Shown piece by piece: positions 19,303 through 30,579 of a stretch of 64,000 nt of DNA (its first letter is position 1; every line of letters starts with the position of its first letter). Location: contig CAWKNZ010000009.1 of the NCBI GenBank assembly GCA_963851265.1, positions 1-64,000 on the forward strand, written 5' to 3'. Below the pieces are notes generated by a model. The model did not search any database, was not told where the DNA came from, and saw only the letters and a program-made list of their open reading frames with translations. The translations under genes were made by a program, and so were the position numbers. This stretch comes from an uncultured Gemmatimonadales bacterium (GTDB lineage: Bacteria; Gemmatimonadota; Gemmatimonadetes; Gemmatimonadales; Gemmatimonadaceae).

Positions 19303-20133
19303 CGCCCGCGGCCGCGCGGCCCGCCCACCTCCAGCAGCGCGCCCGCGAGGGGTGGTGATTGGCGGGGAACGGCCCGCGCCGCCGTCGAGCGCCGCCCAAG
19401 TAGGGACGCGAAGAACGCATGAGTTCGCGGGACGGCCGCGACAGTCTCACGTCAGGCCCGGACGACGTTTTCCGGACGCCGGTCGGCGAGCGTAGAAACG
19501 ACTTGTACCGGCATCACCGCGGGTACGAGGCACTTCGCGCTGCTGACTCGATCCGCTCGGCACGCCGCAACGCGCCGTGTACCCCGGCGCCGACGTTCGT
19601 GGGGCGGGGTGCGTCCCTTCGGCCCGCGTCACCTGTTCGTGCGGTAGAGCGCGACCCGGGTCGCCACGGTGACGAGGCTCCGGTCGCGCTTGGCGAGCGC
19701 GGGGCGCTCCCACGGTCCACGTGCGGTCCGCGCTCGAGCATCGCGAAGCGGAGCGGTCGCACGCGGGTGGGCGTTCCACGCCCGCCGCATGTGAGTACCG
19801 CCTAACGCAGGCCGATCAGCCGCACGGCTGCGCGTCCGCGTCCTCCGACTCGCCGCGCGCGGCACGATCGCGCGCGGCGCGAATCGGCTTCACGATCACG
19901 CCGTGGCGCTCCAGATCCCCGAGGTCGGCGCGGACCCGTGATTCACGGCGACGAGCCGTTCGGTGACGCTCAGCGTCGGCGATCCCGCTATCCAGCGCGC
20001 GGCCGCTCGCCGCTCTTGCGCGAACGGAAATGCTACGAATATTGGCGAAGCCTGCGGCCGGGCTTTCGCCGAGCGCCGCGTACCGACGTGGACCGCACTC
20101 CTGCCGTGGTCACGCCCCGCTCCCGGAGGAGCC

Positions 20134-23100
20134 ATGCCCACCACGCGCCGATCGTCGATTACGCACCCGTGTGCCGTGATCGTCCCCGCGCCCGCCGTCC
20201 TCGCCGGACTGCTCGTACTCACCGCCGTCCGCGCCGACGCCCAGACGGTCGGCACCGTCCGGGGGACGATCTCCAACGCCGCGTCGGGCGCCCCGATCTC
20301 GGACGTGCAGGTGAGCATCGTCGGCACGCGCCGCGGCGCGATCACGAACGAGACGGGCCGGTACACGATCACCGGTGCGCCCGCGGGCCCGGTCACGCTC
20401 CGCGCGCAGAAAGTCGGCTACTCGCCAATGCAGATGGCCGTCACCGTCGGCGGCAGCGGCATCGTGACGGCCGATTTCCGGCTGACGACGGTCGCGGTCG
20501 CGCTCGACCAGGTGGTCGTCACCGGCACGCCGGGCGCGACGTCGAAGCGCGTGCTGGGCAACACCGTGGCGACCGTGCAGGCGGCGCAGGTCACGGCCGT
20601 CGCGCCCGTCCCGAACGTTACCGAGCTGCTCCAGGGGCGGGCGAGCGGGGTGAACGTCCTCACGACGTCCGGCGCCGTCGGCACCTCGGCGCAGATCCGC
20701 ATCCGCGGGGCGAGCTCGCTCTCCGGGAACACGCAGCCGGTGATCTACATCGACGGCATCCGGATGCAGGGCGGCGCGCAGTCGTCGTTCGACAACAGCG
20801 GCGCGACGGTCCAGGCGACGTCCGCGCTCGACGCCATCGACCCGAACGACATCGAATCGGTGGAGGTGATCAAGGGCCCCGCCGCCGCGACGCTCTACGG
20901 CGCCGACGCGGCCTCCGGTGTCATCCAGATCATCACCAAGAAGGGGCGCCTGGGCCAGCAGTCGGCCGAATGGAACGCGAAGGCCGAGGGCGGGAGCATC
21001 GACTGGGCGCTGCCGCGCCCGAAGACCTACTGGTACTGCACCGACGCGAACATCGCCAACGCGTCGCTGTACCCGGCGTGCGCGGCGCTCGGCGCCAACC
21101 CGACCACCCGCATGCTGGTGAACGATCCGTTCAACGTCTCGGGCGCGCTCCGCACCGGCAACACGCGGACGTACACGCTCGGCGCGCGGGGCGGATCGGA
21201 CCGCTTCGCATACTACTTCGCCGGCGGGCACGACGGCGAGAACGGCGTGCTCTACAACAACTATTTCACGCGCAACAACGGGCGCGCGAACTTCCAGGCG
21301 AACGTGCTCGCCAACCTGACCGTCGGCGTCAACGCGAACTTCGTCCGCACCGATGCCCGCGAGCCGCTCTCCGACAACTCGTCCAACAGCGTGCTCCGCA
21401 ACGGGTACCGGGACCGGCCGAGCGGGCCGTGGCCCTGGCAGCGGGAGTTCCGCGGCTTCGGGCCGGACCTCGCCAACCAGTACGACAACGAGGTCCAGAC
21501 GGAGCGCTACATCCTCGGGACGACGGTCAACTACCAGCCGTGGGGCTGGTTCCAGAACCGCCTGAACGCGGGCGTCGACGTCAACAACCAGCGCGCCTCC
21601 CAGTTCTACGGGATCGACTCGACGGGGAGGGCGCCCTGGGGCGCCACCTTCGCGAACGGCTACGTCGCGTACCTCCTGCCGGTGGCCCACCAGTGGACGG
21701 TCGATTACGCGGGTACCGCGACGCGCGCGCTGCCCAAGTCGCTCACGTCGGCCACGTCGGTCGGCGTGCAGTACTCGGCGTATCGGTACGAGTCGTGGAC
21801 GACGACCGGGACGGGGCTCGTGGCGAACTCGCTCAACCTCGTCGGCTCCGCCGCGTCGACGACCGCGGACCAGAGCTTCCTCGAGCAAAAATCGTTCGGC
21901 ACGTACGCGCAGGAGCAGATCGGCTGGCGCAACCGGCTGTTCGTCACCGGCGCGCTGCGCGTCGACAACAACTCGGCGTTCGGGTCCAACTTCAAGTGGG
22001 TGACGTATCCGAAGGCCTCGGTCTCGTACGTCGTCTCCGACGAACCGTTCTTCCGCCTGCCGCACGTCGACGAGCTGAAGCTGCGTGGGGCATGGGGCGC
22101 GGCGGGCAACGCGCCGCAGCCGTTCAGTGCCGTGCGCGCCTACGCGGCGACGACGTCCGTCGTGGGCGACGTCGCCGTGAACTCGATCCAGCCGCAGACG
22201 TACGGCAACGCGAACCTGCGCGCGGAACGCGGCGAGGAGGTCGAGTTGGGCTTCGACCTCTCGGCGCTCCGCGGCCGGCTCGGCGCCGAGTTCACGTACT
22301 ACAACAAGAAGACGAAGGACGCCCTCGTCACCGTGCCCGCGCCACCGTCGACGGGCTTCGTCGGGTTCGGCTCCGCCGCGGGCACCTACCTCGCGAACCT
22401 CGGCGAGATCGCCAACGCCGGCGTCGAGCTGACGCTCCGCGGAACCCCGTACAGCCGCCCGAACGCGACCTGGGAGTCGGTGCTCAACCTGTCGACGAAC
22501 CACAACAAGCTCGTCACATTCGGCACCGGCTTCAACACGATCACCTTCGGGACGTTCGCGCAGAACCAGGAGTTCGCGGCCGGCTACCCTCTCGGCGCGT
22601 ACTGGGCCACCGACGTGGCGCGTGACGCGAGCGGCGCGCCCGTGCTGACCAACGGCAAGGTCACGCTCGATCCGAAGCTACGCTACCTCGGGCCGTCGCA
22701 GCCCACGCGCGAGATCTCGTTGGCCAACACGGTTACGCTGTTCAAGAACGTCCGCCTGTACGCCTACCTGGACTACAAGGGCGGCGGCTACCTGTTCGAC
22801 GGGATCAAGTACGTCAACGACCGCCTCGACCTGAACACGTACGCGGTCAACGACCCGAACGGCGACGCCGTACAGAAGCAGGTGCTGGAGTCTGGAGCGA
22901 CGAAGCCGGACATCGTGCGGTCCGACTTCATCAAGCTGCGCGAGCTGTCGATCGGCTACACGCTCCCGCGCGCCCTCACGTCGCGGCTGCGCGGCACCAC
23001 CGCGACGGTCAACCTCGCGGCGCGCAACCTCGCGCTCTGGAAGCTGAAGGGCTACCCGGGCATCGACCCGGAGGTGGAGTTCTACAGCGGCGTCGGCGCG

Positions 23101-23205
23101 ACGCCCGGCACCGCGGCCACGCCGACGGCCATCTTCGACCGCACCGACTACGCGTCGATCCCGATGCTCCGCCGGCTCGTCACGTCGATCAACCTCACGT
23201 TCTGA
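20134..23205 (+). CDS. SusC/RagA-like TonB-dependent outer membrane receptor
   Basis: LQGRASGV, IRIRGASSL, PVIYIDG, IDPNDIESVEVIKGPAAATLYG..A..GVIQIITKKG, C-terminal F. GGAGG RBS. Confidence 0.93.
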   Translation: MPTTRRSSITHPCAVIVPAPAVLAGLLVLTAVRADAQTVGTVRGTISNAASGAPISDVQVSIVGTRRGAITNETGRYTITGAPAGPVTLRAQKVGYSPMQMAVTVGGSGIVTADFRLTTVAVALDQVVVTGTPGATSKRVLGNTVATVQAAQVTAVAPVPNVTELLQGRASGVNVLTTSGAVGTSAQIRIRGASSLSGNTQPVIYIDGIRMQGGAQSSFDNSGATVQATSALDAIDPNDIESVEVIKGPAAATLYGADAASGVIQIITKKGRLGQQSAEWNAKAEGGSIDWALPRPKTYWYCTDANIANASLYPACAALGANPTTRMLVNDPFNVSGALRTGNTRTYTLGARGGSDRFAYYFAGGHDGENGVLYNNYFTRNNGRANFQANVLANLTVGVNANFVRTDAREPLSDNSSNSVLRNGYRDRPSGPWPWQREFRGFGPDLANQYDNEVQTERYILGTTVNYQPWGWFQNRLNAGVDVNNQRASQFYGIDSTGRAPWGATFANGYVAYLLPVAHQWTVDYAGTATRALPKSLTSATSVGVQYSAYRYESWTTTGTGLVANSLNLVGSAASTTADQSFLEQKSFGTYAQEQIGWRNRLFVTGALRVDNNSAFGSNFKWVTYPKASVSYVVSDEPFFRLPHVDELKLRGAWGAAGNAPQPFSAVRAYAATTSVVGDVAVNSIQPQTYGNANLRAERGEEVELGFDLSALRGRLGAEFTYYNKKTKDALVTVPAPPSTGFVGFGSAAGTYLANLGEIANAGVELTLRGTPYSRPNATWESVLNLSTNHNKLVTFGTGFNTITFGTFAQNQEFAAGYPLGAYWATDVARDASGAPVLTNGKVTLDPKLRYLGPSQPTREISLANTVTLFKNVRLYAYLDYKGGGYLFDGIKYVNDRLDLNTYAVNDPNGDAVQKQVLESGATKPDIVRSDFIKLRELSIGYTLPRALTSRLRGTTATVNLAARNLALWKLKGYPGIDPEVEFYSGVGATPGTAATPTAIFDRTDYASIPMLRRLVTSINLTF

Positions 23206-23217
23206 CCGGGCCGCGCG

Positions 23218-24546
23218 ATGAAACCCCTCCACAGCATGCGGCGCGGCGGCGCGGCGGTCGTGTTCGCGCTCGGCGCCCTGGGCGCGTCGACCCTCGGCTG
23301 CCACACGCTCGACGTCACCAACCCGAAACTCATCGACGAGTCGCAGCTCAACAACCCGCAGCTGATCACGGTGCTGACCAACTCGGCGGTCGGCGCCGTG
23401 CAGGCGAACTACAGCGAGTACGCCTGGTTCTCGGCGATCCTCACCGACGAGGCGCTGAACGCGACCAACGACTACCGGAGCGGCGAGCTGAATCAGCGCA
23501 TCGTCGAGCTGGCGCAGGGCAACGTCGGGCCGTACCCGCTACTCCAGTACACGCGTGCCACCGCCGACTCGGCTGCCGGTCGCCTGCGCACGCTCGTGCC
23601 GACGCCGAAGAGCGACCTGCGGCTGGCGAAGGCCCTCGCCTACGCGGGCTACAGCTACGTGCTCCTCGCCGAGTTCATCTGCGCCGCGCCGATCAACGGC
23701 GGGCCCCTCGTGACGGACGATTCGCTCGAACACGTCGCGCTCTCCCGCTTCAACGAGGCGATCGCCGACGCGACGCCCGCCGACACGGGCGCGACCAAGA
23801 TCGCCGCTGACTCGGTGCTCAACCTCGCCCGCGTCGGCGCCGCCCGCGCCTCGCTCAATCTCGGTGACAAGACGGGTGCGGTCACGTTTGCGTCGGCCGT
23901 GCCGGCGGGCTTCGTCATCAACATCGACTACCTCGCCACGCCGACGGCGCTCAACAACACGCTCTGGGTGCGCGTCAACGGCCAGAACAAGCAGCTCGGC
24001 GTCCACCCGCTCATGCAGAACCTGCAGGACCCGCGGGTGCGGTACGTCTCGAAGGCGGTGCTCGGGCACAACCAGCTCACGTCCCTGAACATCCCGTACT
24101 CGCCGCGCTCCTTCTCCACCTTCACCTACACCGACTCGACGCCCATTCAGGCGAGTTCGAGCATCGAGCTCGCGTCGGGGCTCGAGGCGCGCTACCTCCT
24201 CGCGGAGGCGTCCGGGCCTAACGCGACGACGCTCGCCCTGGTGAATGAGCGGCGTACGGTCGGCAAGGAGTCGACGGTCTCGCTGTCCGGCGACGCGCTG
24301 ATGGCGGAACTGCGCGAGCAGAAGCGGCGCGACTTCTTCCTCGGTGCCCGCCGCCTCGGCGACCTGCGGCGCTACAAGGCCCAGGGGGTCGGCGATTTCT
24401 TCCCCTCCGGACCACACCCGACGACGCAGTGGGGGCTCTACGGTTCGGCGACCTGCTACATCATCACGCAGGACGAGGTCAACTCGAATTCGAACGTCGC
24501 GGGATACGTCCCGCCGTCGACGCGACCGCCGGGATACTCGCCGTGA
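23218..24546 (+). CDS. SusD/RagB-like lipoprotein
   Basis: Lipobox TLGC, directly after susC-like gene; ARASLNLG, EARYLLAEA, ELREQKRRDFFL..RRLGDLRRY. Confidence 0.85.
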   Translation: MKPLHSMRRGGAAVVFALGALGASTLGCHTLDVTNPKLIDESQLNNPQLITVLTNSAVGAVQANYSEYAWFSAILTDEALNATNDYRSGELNQRIVELAQGNVGPYPLLQYTRATADSAAGRLRTLVPTPKSDLRLAKALAYAGYSYVLLAEFICAAPINGGPLVTDDSLEHVALSRFNEAIADATPADTGATKIAADSVLNLARVGAARASLNLGDKTGAVTFASAVPAGFVINIDYLATPTALNNTLWVRVNGQNKQLGVHPLMQNLQDPRVRYVSKAVLGHNQLTSLNIPYSPRSFSTFTYTDSTPIQASSSIELASGLEARYLLAEASGPNATTLALVNERRTVGKESTVSLSGDALMAELREQKRRDFFLGARRLGDLRRYKAQGVGDFFPSGPHPTTQWGLYGSATCYIITQDEVNSNSNVAGYVPPSTRPPGYSP

Positions 24547-24553
24547 CGACCCC

Positions 24554-27500
24554 GTGAGGGCGCCCGTGCCGCGGGCGACGGCTGCCCTCCTCGGGGCCGC
24601 CCTGGTCACCGGGCCGGGGATCGACCCCGGCATCGGGGCGCAAACGCCAGGAGCACCTGCGCCGCCAGCGGCAGAGCAGTGGGACGTGACGCGCGCCCGC
24701 GGGAAGACGCGTGACATCGACTTCACGACGAGCGCGGGAACGTGGATGTCGGTCGACGAGTCGCCCGACGGGCGCTGGATCGTGTTCGACCTGCTCGGCC
24801 AGATCTACCGGCTGCCGGCGGCGGGCGGCGCCGCCGAATGCCTCACCGAGAACAGCGGAGTCGCGCTCAACTTCGAGCCGCGCCTCTCGCCCGACGGGCG
24901 GACGATCGCCTTCGTCTCCGACCGGCGGGGCCAGAACAACCTCTGGCTCATGGACGCCGACGGCGCGAACCCGCGCCCGGTGTTCACCGACCTCAACGTG
25001 CGCGTGTTCGAGCCCGCCTGGACGCCGGACGGCCAGTTCATCGTCGTGCGCCGGGAGACGACGCGCGGGCTCTCCGACGACCCGGGAAACGAGGGAAGCA
25101 CGGGCGGTTTGTGGATGTACAGCCGCGCGGGCGGCCAAGGCGTCCCGCTCGTCGCCGGCGTGGGACGCCTTGCCCCCGAGTGGCCGAGCATCTCGGCGGA
25201 CGGTCGGTACCTGTACTACCACGCCTCCGTCCCAAGCGTGACCGACGGCGAGCCGCTGAGCGGCGCCCAACAGCTGCGCCGCTTCGAGTTCCGGACCGGC
25301 GAGATCGTCGACATAACCGCCGGCGAGAGCATCGGGGCGGCGGCGGGGCGGATTTCGAGCGGTGGCGGGATCGCGCCCGAGATCGCGCCCGACGGCCGGT
25401 GGCTCGCCTTCGCGCGCCAGATCCCTGATGGCACGATCTCGTTCAAGGGGCACAAGTACGGGCCGCGGACGGCGCTCTGGCTGCGCGACCTGCACACCGG
25501 CAGTGAGCGGCTGCTCATGGACCCCATCGAGCCGCAGATCGCGTCCGAGTCGAAGACGCTCGGGGTGCTGCCGCGCTATCGCTGGACGGCCGACGGCCGG
25601 TCAATCGTGGTCACGCAGGGCGGGAAGATTCGCCGCGTCGACGTCGCCACAGGCCGCGTCGCCACCGTGCCGTTCACGGCGCGCGTGCACCGGACGATCT
25701 CGGAGATGGCGCGCAAGACGTTCCGCATCGTCGACAGCGCGATGCCGGTGAGATTCATGCGGTGGACGACGGCGTCGGCGGACGGCCGGCGGGTCGCCTT
25801 CCAGGCCGCCGGGCGCGTCTACGTCGTCGACGGGCCGGGCGCACAGCCCCGACGCCTAACGCCGGCAGGCTTCGCCCCGCTCGAGTACGCGCCGGCCTGG
25901 TCGCCCGACGGGCGGTGGCTCGCGTTCACGACGCTGGACGACAGCGCGCGGGGGCGCGTCTGGAAAGCGCCGGCGGCCGGCGGCGTGCCACAGCGCCTCA
26001 CGCGCGAGACGGGCGATTTCGCCGACCCGGTCTGGGCGCCGGACGGGCGGTCGCTCGTGGTCGCGCGCGGCGAGGGCGCGACCGCACGCGGGCGTACGAT
26101 GACGCACAACGTGTGGTTCGACCTCGTCCGGATCCCGGCCGCGGGCGAGACGGGCCGCGACACGGGCGAGGTCGTCGGCACCATCACGCGGCCGACGGGG
26201 TCGCAGCTGAGTGGTGAGTTGCGCCGTCAGCTACCACGCGCCTCGTTCGGTCCGGAGGGGCGCATCTTCTACCCCGAGGAGTACGGCCCGACGCCCGGCG
26301 CGGCGGCCCCGGCGGGCCGCCCGCGCAGCGGGGTACGCCTCGTCTCCGTCGACGCGCACGGCCGCGACAAACGCGTCCACATGACGTTCCCCTGGGCGGA
26401 CGAGATCGTCCCGTCGCCCGACGGTGCGCGGGTGGCCTTCCAGGAAGGGGACAACGTCTACGTCACGCCGATGCAGTGGCGCGGGCTCGGGGCGGAGCCC
26501 GTGCGCGTCGACAAGCGGCACGCCGCGTTCGCCGTGGTGCAACTCTCGCGCGAGGGGGGCGAGTTCCCGCGGTGGCGCGACGGCTCCACGCTGGAATACG
26601 CGAGCGGGACGCGCTACTTCGCGCACCACGTCGACACCGGGAAGACCGACACCGTCCCGCTCGCGCTCGCCCTGCCACGCGCGCTGCCTAACGGCAGCCT
26701 CGCGTTCACCAACGCGCGGGTCGTCACGCTCGACCACCAGCTCGTGATCGACACCGGGACGGTGGTCGTACGCGGGAGCCGCATCGCCTGCGTCGGCGCC
26801 GCGGCCGCGTGCCCGACCGCCGGCGTGGATCGCGTGATCGACGCGCGCGGCAAGACGATCATCCCCGGCTTCGTCGACATGCACTCGCACCACTACCGCG
26901 AGTGGCGGGGGATGCGCCCGGCGCACGACTACGAGGTCGCGATGTACCTCGCGTACGGCGTGACCACCGACATGGACGTGTCGATGTGGTCGCAGAACGT
27001 CTTCCCGACCGCCGAGGCGATCGAGGTCGGGGAGGCGATCGGGCCGCGCACGTTCAGCACCGGCGATCCGCTGTTCGCGGGCGACGGGCCGCGCCAGGAC
27101 GAACTGGTGAGCTACGCGGTGACGCTGCAGAGCGTGCGCCGGCTCGCCGGCTGGGGCGCGACGGCGATGAAGCAGTACCTGCAGCCGCGGCGCGACCAGC
27201 GGCAGTGGGTGTCGGAAGCGGCGCGACAGGTCGGCGTCAACGTCACCGCGGAGGGCGGGGACCTGCTTTACGACCTGAGCATGATCATGGACGGCCAGAC
27301 CGGGTGGGAGCACCCGATGGGCAACGTCCCGCTCTACGGCGACGCCGCGAAGTTCTTCGGCCTCGCGCACGCGACGTACTCGCCCACGCTGGTCGTCGCG
27401 GGCCCGGGCGCGTGGAACATCGAGTACTTCTTCCAGGCGAGCGAGGTCTGGAAGGACCCGAAGCAACGCCGCTGGTTCCCGTGGCGGATGCTGATCCCGC

Positions 27501-27979
27501 ACACGCGCGTCCGCACGCTGCGGCCGGTCACCGACTACAGCTACCCCCTCATCGCGCAGGCGATGGCCGACGTGATCGCGGAGGGCGGCAACGGGGCGCT
27601 CGGCTCGCACGGCGAGCACCACGGGCTGAACGTGCACTGGGAGCTCTGGATGGGCGCGTCCGCCCTCGGCAACATGGGGGCGCTCGAGGTCGCCAGCATG
27701 GGCGGCGCACGCTTCCTCGGCGCCGAGCAGGACATCGGGTCGATCGAGGTCGGGAAGCTCGCCGACCTCCTCGTGCTCAACGCCAATCCGCTCGACGATA
27801 TCCACCACTCGCTCGACATGCAGTATGTCATGAAGGGTGGCACGCTGTACGATGCGGAGACGCTCGACCAGGTGTGGCCGCGCCGCGTCCCGTTCGGGCC
27901 CTATTACTGGGTGAACCCCGACGCGCTGCGGTCCGACGACCGCCCGACGGACTACTGGGATCGCAGGACGACGCCCTGA
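24554..27979 (+). CDS. Secreted amidohydrolase with TolB/PD40 beta-propeller repeats
   Basis: Repeated SPDGR/W.PDG motifs, GKTIIPGFVDMHSH, GSHGE, GSIEVGKLADLLVLNANPL. Start codon approximate. Confidence 0.88.
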   Translation: MRAPVPRATAALLGAALVTGPGIDPGIGAQTPGAPAPPAAEQWDVTRARGKTRDIDFTTSAGTWMSVDESPDGRWIVFDLLGQIYRLPAAGGAAECLTENSGVALNFEPRLSPDGRTIAFVSDRRGQNNLWLMDADGANPRPVFTDLNVRVFEPAWTPDGQFIVVRRETTRGLSDDPGNEGSTGGLWMYSRAGGQGVPLVAGVGRLAPEWPSISADGRYLYYHASVPSVTDGEPLSGAQQLRRFEFRTGEIVDITAGESIGAAAGRISSGGGIAPEIAPDGRWLAFARQIPDGTISFKGHKYGPRTALWLRDLHTGSERLLMDPIEPQIASESKTLGVLPRYRWTADGRSIVVTQGGKIRRVDVATGRVATVPFTARVHRTISEMARKTFRIVDSAMPVRFMRWTTASADGRRVAFQAAGRVYVVDGPGAQPRRLTPAGFAPLEYAPAWSPDGRWLAFTTLDDSARGRVWKAPAAGGVPQRLTRETGDFADPVWAPDGRSLVVARGEGATARGRTMTHNVWFDLVRIPAAGETGRDTGEVVGTITRPTGSQLSGELRRQLPRASFGPEGRIFYPEEYGPTPGAAAPAGRPRSGVRLVSVDAHGRDKRVHMTFPWADEIVPSPDGARVAFQEGDNVYVTPMQWRGLGAEPVRVDKRHAAFAVVQLSREGGEFPRWRDGSTLEYASGTRYFAHHVDTGKTDTVPLALALPRALPNGSLAFTNARVVTLDHQLVIDTGTVVVRGSRIACVGAAAACPTAGVDRVIDARGKTIIPGFVDMHSHHYREWRGMRPAHDYEVAMYLAYGVTTDMDVSMWSQNVFPTAEAIEVGEAIGPRTFSTGDPLFAGDGPRQDELVSYAVTLQSVRRLAGWGATAMKQYLQPRRDQRQWVSEAARQVGVNVTAEGGDLLYDLSMIMDGQTGWEHPMGNVPLYGDAAKFFGLAHATYSPTLVVAGPGAWNIEYFFQASEVWKDPKQRRWFPWRMLIPHTRVRTLRPVTDYSYPLIAQAMADVIAEGGNGALGSHGEHHGLNVHWELWMGASALGNMGALEVASMGGARFLGAEQDIGSIEVGKLADLLVLNANPLDDIHHSLDMQYVMKGGTLYDAETLDQVWPRRVPFGPYYWVNPDALRSDDRPTDYWDRRTTP

Positions 27980-28161
27980 ACGGCGGGTGCGCTCACGCGA
28001 GGGATCGCGAACCCGGCGCATTCGTGGCGCGCAACCGTGGCGCGCCTTCGTGGGCGGTTGACGGCGCGGAGCGCGGGGTCCGCGTACGCGATCCCCTCGC
28101 GTCAACGCCGCCGCGTCGCGTCGCGTTGTTCTCCGCTCCCCTCTCCCCCGGAGGTTCTCAC

Positions 28162-30579
28162 GTGCTGTTCCCGATTCGCCGGCCCGCATCCAGCCCGGTC
28201 CTCGCACTCGCGCTCCTCACGATCGTCGCCGCATCGGGGCTCGGCGCGCAGACGGCGGGTGTGCCGCCCGCCGGCCCGCCGCCTGATTCGGCGCGCCGCG
28301 CCATGACCTGGCTCGACGGTCAGCTCATGCGGCAGATCGGCACGCCCGCCGTGAGCCCCGACGGGAAGTCGATGCTCTACACGCTGAGCGTTCCCGACTG
28401 GAAGGACGCGCGGCGGCAGAGCGATCTGTACCTCGTGAGCACCGAACGAGGCGTGTCGAGCACCCGGCAGCTGACGTTCACCAAAGACAAGAACGAGACG
28501 GGCCCCGCGTGGTCGCGCGACGGGCGCGTGTTCGTGTTCCTCTCCGACCGCGACGCGGCGCGCGAGGCGGCGGCGACGCGCTCCGGCCTGCCCACCGGTG
28601 GCCCGGGGATGCCCTACCTCCCGCCGGCGGCCGGCGGCGGGATGGGCGGTCCCGGATACCAGCTGTACGTGATGCGCCCCGACGGCGGTGAGGCGCGGCG
28701 GATCACCGACGCGCGCGAGGGGGTGTCGACGTTCGCGTTCTCGCGCGACGGCAGATGGCTCGCCTACCGCTCCGGGCGGCCGACGGAGGAGCAGATCTAC
28801 GCCGTGCCAGTGGCCACGCTCACCGGGCCCGACTCGGTGCGGCCGGTACAGCTGACCCGCCAGAGCGCCGGCGTCGGGTTGTGGCGCTGGGCGCCCGACT
28901 CCAAGCGGATCTACTTCGTCACCGCCGACACCGTCGACCCCGACGAGAAGCTCCGTCTGGAGAAGCGATTCGACGTGCGCATCCGCAACATGGACGTGCC
29001 GGTGTCGAGCCTGTGGGCGCTCGACGTCGACGAGCGCAGGGCGACGCGCCTCACGCGCGACACGTCGTACAGCGTCGGCGATTTCACCATCTCGGAGGAC
29101 GGGCGCTGGATCGGCTATCACGGGATCTCGGCGAACCGCTACGCGCGCAACATCCTCGAGCAGATGGACAACGCCGACCTGTACCTGCTCGAGGTAGCCG
29201 CAGGAAAAAGCGAGCGGCTGACGAACAACACCGACATCGCCGAGAGCGCCGTCAGCTTCTCGCCCGACAGCCGGTCGGTCGCGTTCTCCGCGCCCGACGA
29301 CTTCGCGTTCATGCACAACCAGCGCGTTTACCTGCGCGACGTGGGGAGCCGCGGCGCACCGTTCCGCAAGCTCGGCGGGGGGTACGACGGTGACGTGACC
29401 GTCGGCTTCTGGGCGAAGGACGGGCGCACGATCTACTTCAACGAAGGCGTGCGCGCGACCGAGGCGGTGATGGCGCTCGACGTCGCGACCAACGCCGTCA
29501 CCCAGCTCACGCACGAGCAGGCCGCGGTACGAGCCGCACAGGACGAGGAGACCGGGCGCGTCGTCCTCAGCTACAGCGACCCGCGCACGCCGCCCACGCT
29601 GTTCACCGTCGCGACCGCGCGCGCAATCGGCGACCGACCGCGGTGGACGCAGCTCACCGACGCCAACCCCGGAGTGCGCCGCCTCGCGCTCGGCGACGAG
29701 GAGGAGATCACCTGGACGTCGGCCGACGGCCGCCGGGTGGGCGGAGTGCTCCTGAAGCCGGTGGGTTACCAGCCCGGCAAGCGCTACCCGCTCATCGTCT
29801 CGCTGCACGGCGGGCCGGCGGCGGCCGACGTGCTGAGTTTCAACGGCGGCTACGGCGCGCAGGCGTACGCCGGCGCTGGCTACGCCGTGCTCATGCCCAA
29901 CTACCGCAATTCGACCAACTACGGCCAGCAGTTCAAGATCGAGAGCCAGGGCGACTATTTCACCAAAGGCTACCAGGACATCATGACCGGCGTCGACGCC
30001 CTGATCGCGCGGGGGGTCGTCGACAGCGCGCAGATGGGTGTCCTCGGCTGGAGTGCCGGCGGCCACTGGTCCAACTGGATCCTCACGCACACCGACCGGT
30101 TCAAGGCGATCTCGACCGGTGCCGGCGTGTTCAACTGGATCTCGATGTACGGCGAGAGCGACACGCAGCGCGTCCGCCAGTGGTACCTCGGCGACACGTT
30201 GTACTTCAACGGCGACAACGCGATGGAGCGTTGGTGGCGGCAGTCGCCGATCGCGTACATCCGGAATGCGCACACCCCGACGATGATCCACGTCGTCGAC
30301 GGCGACCCGCGCGTGCCGCGCCCGCAGAGCGAGGAGCTGCACATGGCGCTCAAGCGGCTCGGGGTCCCGACGGAGTTCTTCGTCTACCCGGGCACGACGC
30401 ACGGCATCCCCGACCCGCGCAACCAGCTGCTCAAGGCGACCGCGGAGATGGCGTGGATGGACTACTACGTGCGGCACTCGGGGCGGAAGTTCGCGTGGCG
30501 CGACGTCCTGCGCACGCTCGAGGACCCGACGACCGGGAAGGCACCGGCGACGACCGCCTCCGCCCCGGCCGCGCCGTGA
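28162..30579 (+). CDS. S9 family peptidase (dipeptidyl aminopeptidase/acylaminoacyl peptidase)
   Basis: Signal peptide, propeller repeats, YPLIVSLHGGP, GWSAGG (Ser), DPRVP (Asp), YPGTTHG (His). GGAGG RBS. Confidence 0.92.
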   Translation: MLFPIRRPASSPVLALALLTIVAASGLGAQTAGVPPAGPPPDSARRAMTWLDGQLMRQIGTPAVSPDGKSMLYTLSVPDWKDARRQSDLYLVSTERGVSSTRQLTFTKDKNETGPAWSRDGRVFVFLSDRDAAREAAATRSGLPTGGPGMPYLPPAAGGGMGGPGYQLYVMRPDGGEARRITDAREGVSTFAFSRDGRWLAYRSGRPTEEQIYAVPVATLTGPDSVRPVQLTRQSAGVGLWRWAPDSKRIYFVTADTVDPDEKLRLEKRFDVRIRNMDVPVSSLWALDVDERRATRLTRDTSYSVGDFTISEDGRWIGYHGISANRYARNILEQMDNADLYLLEVAAGKSERLTNNTDIAESAVSFSPDSRSVAFSAPDDFAFMHNQRVYLRDVGSRGAPFRKLGGGYDGDVTVGFWAKDGRTIYFNEGVRATEAVMALDVATNAVTQLTHEQAAVRAAQDEETGRVVLSYSDPRTPPTLFTVATARAIGDRPRWTQLTDANPGVRRLALGDEEEITWTSADGRRVGGVLLKPVGYQPGKRYPLIVSLHGGPAAADVLSFNGGYGAQAYAGAGYAVLMPNYRNSTNYGQQFKIESQGDYFTKGYQDIMTGVDALIARGVVDSAQMGVLGWSAGGHWSNWILTHTDRFKAISTGAGVFNWISMYGESDTQRVRQWYLGDTLYFNGDNAMERWWRQSPIAYIRNAHTPTMIHVVDGDPRVPRPQSEELHMALKRLGVPTEFFVYPGTTHGIPDPRNQLLKATAEMAWMDYYVRHSGRKFAWRDVLRTLEDPTTGKAPATTASAPAAP

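Noticed and set aside
19303..20133. Riboswitch or ncRNA upstream of the susC-like gene
   Set aside because: No recognisable conserved motif by eye; an Rfam/Infernal scan would be needed.
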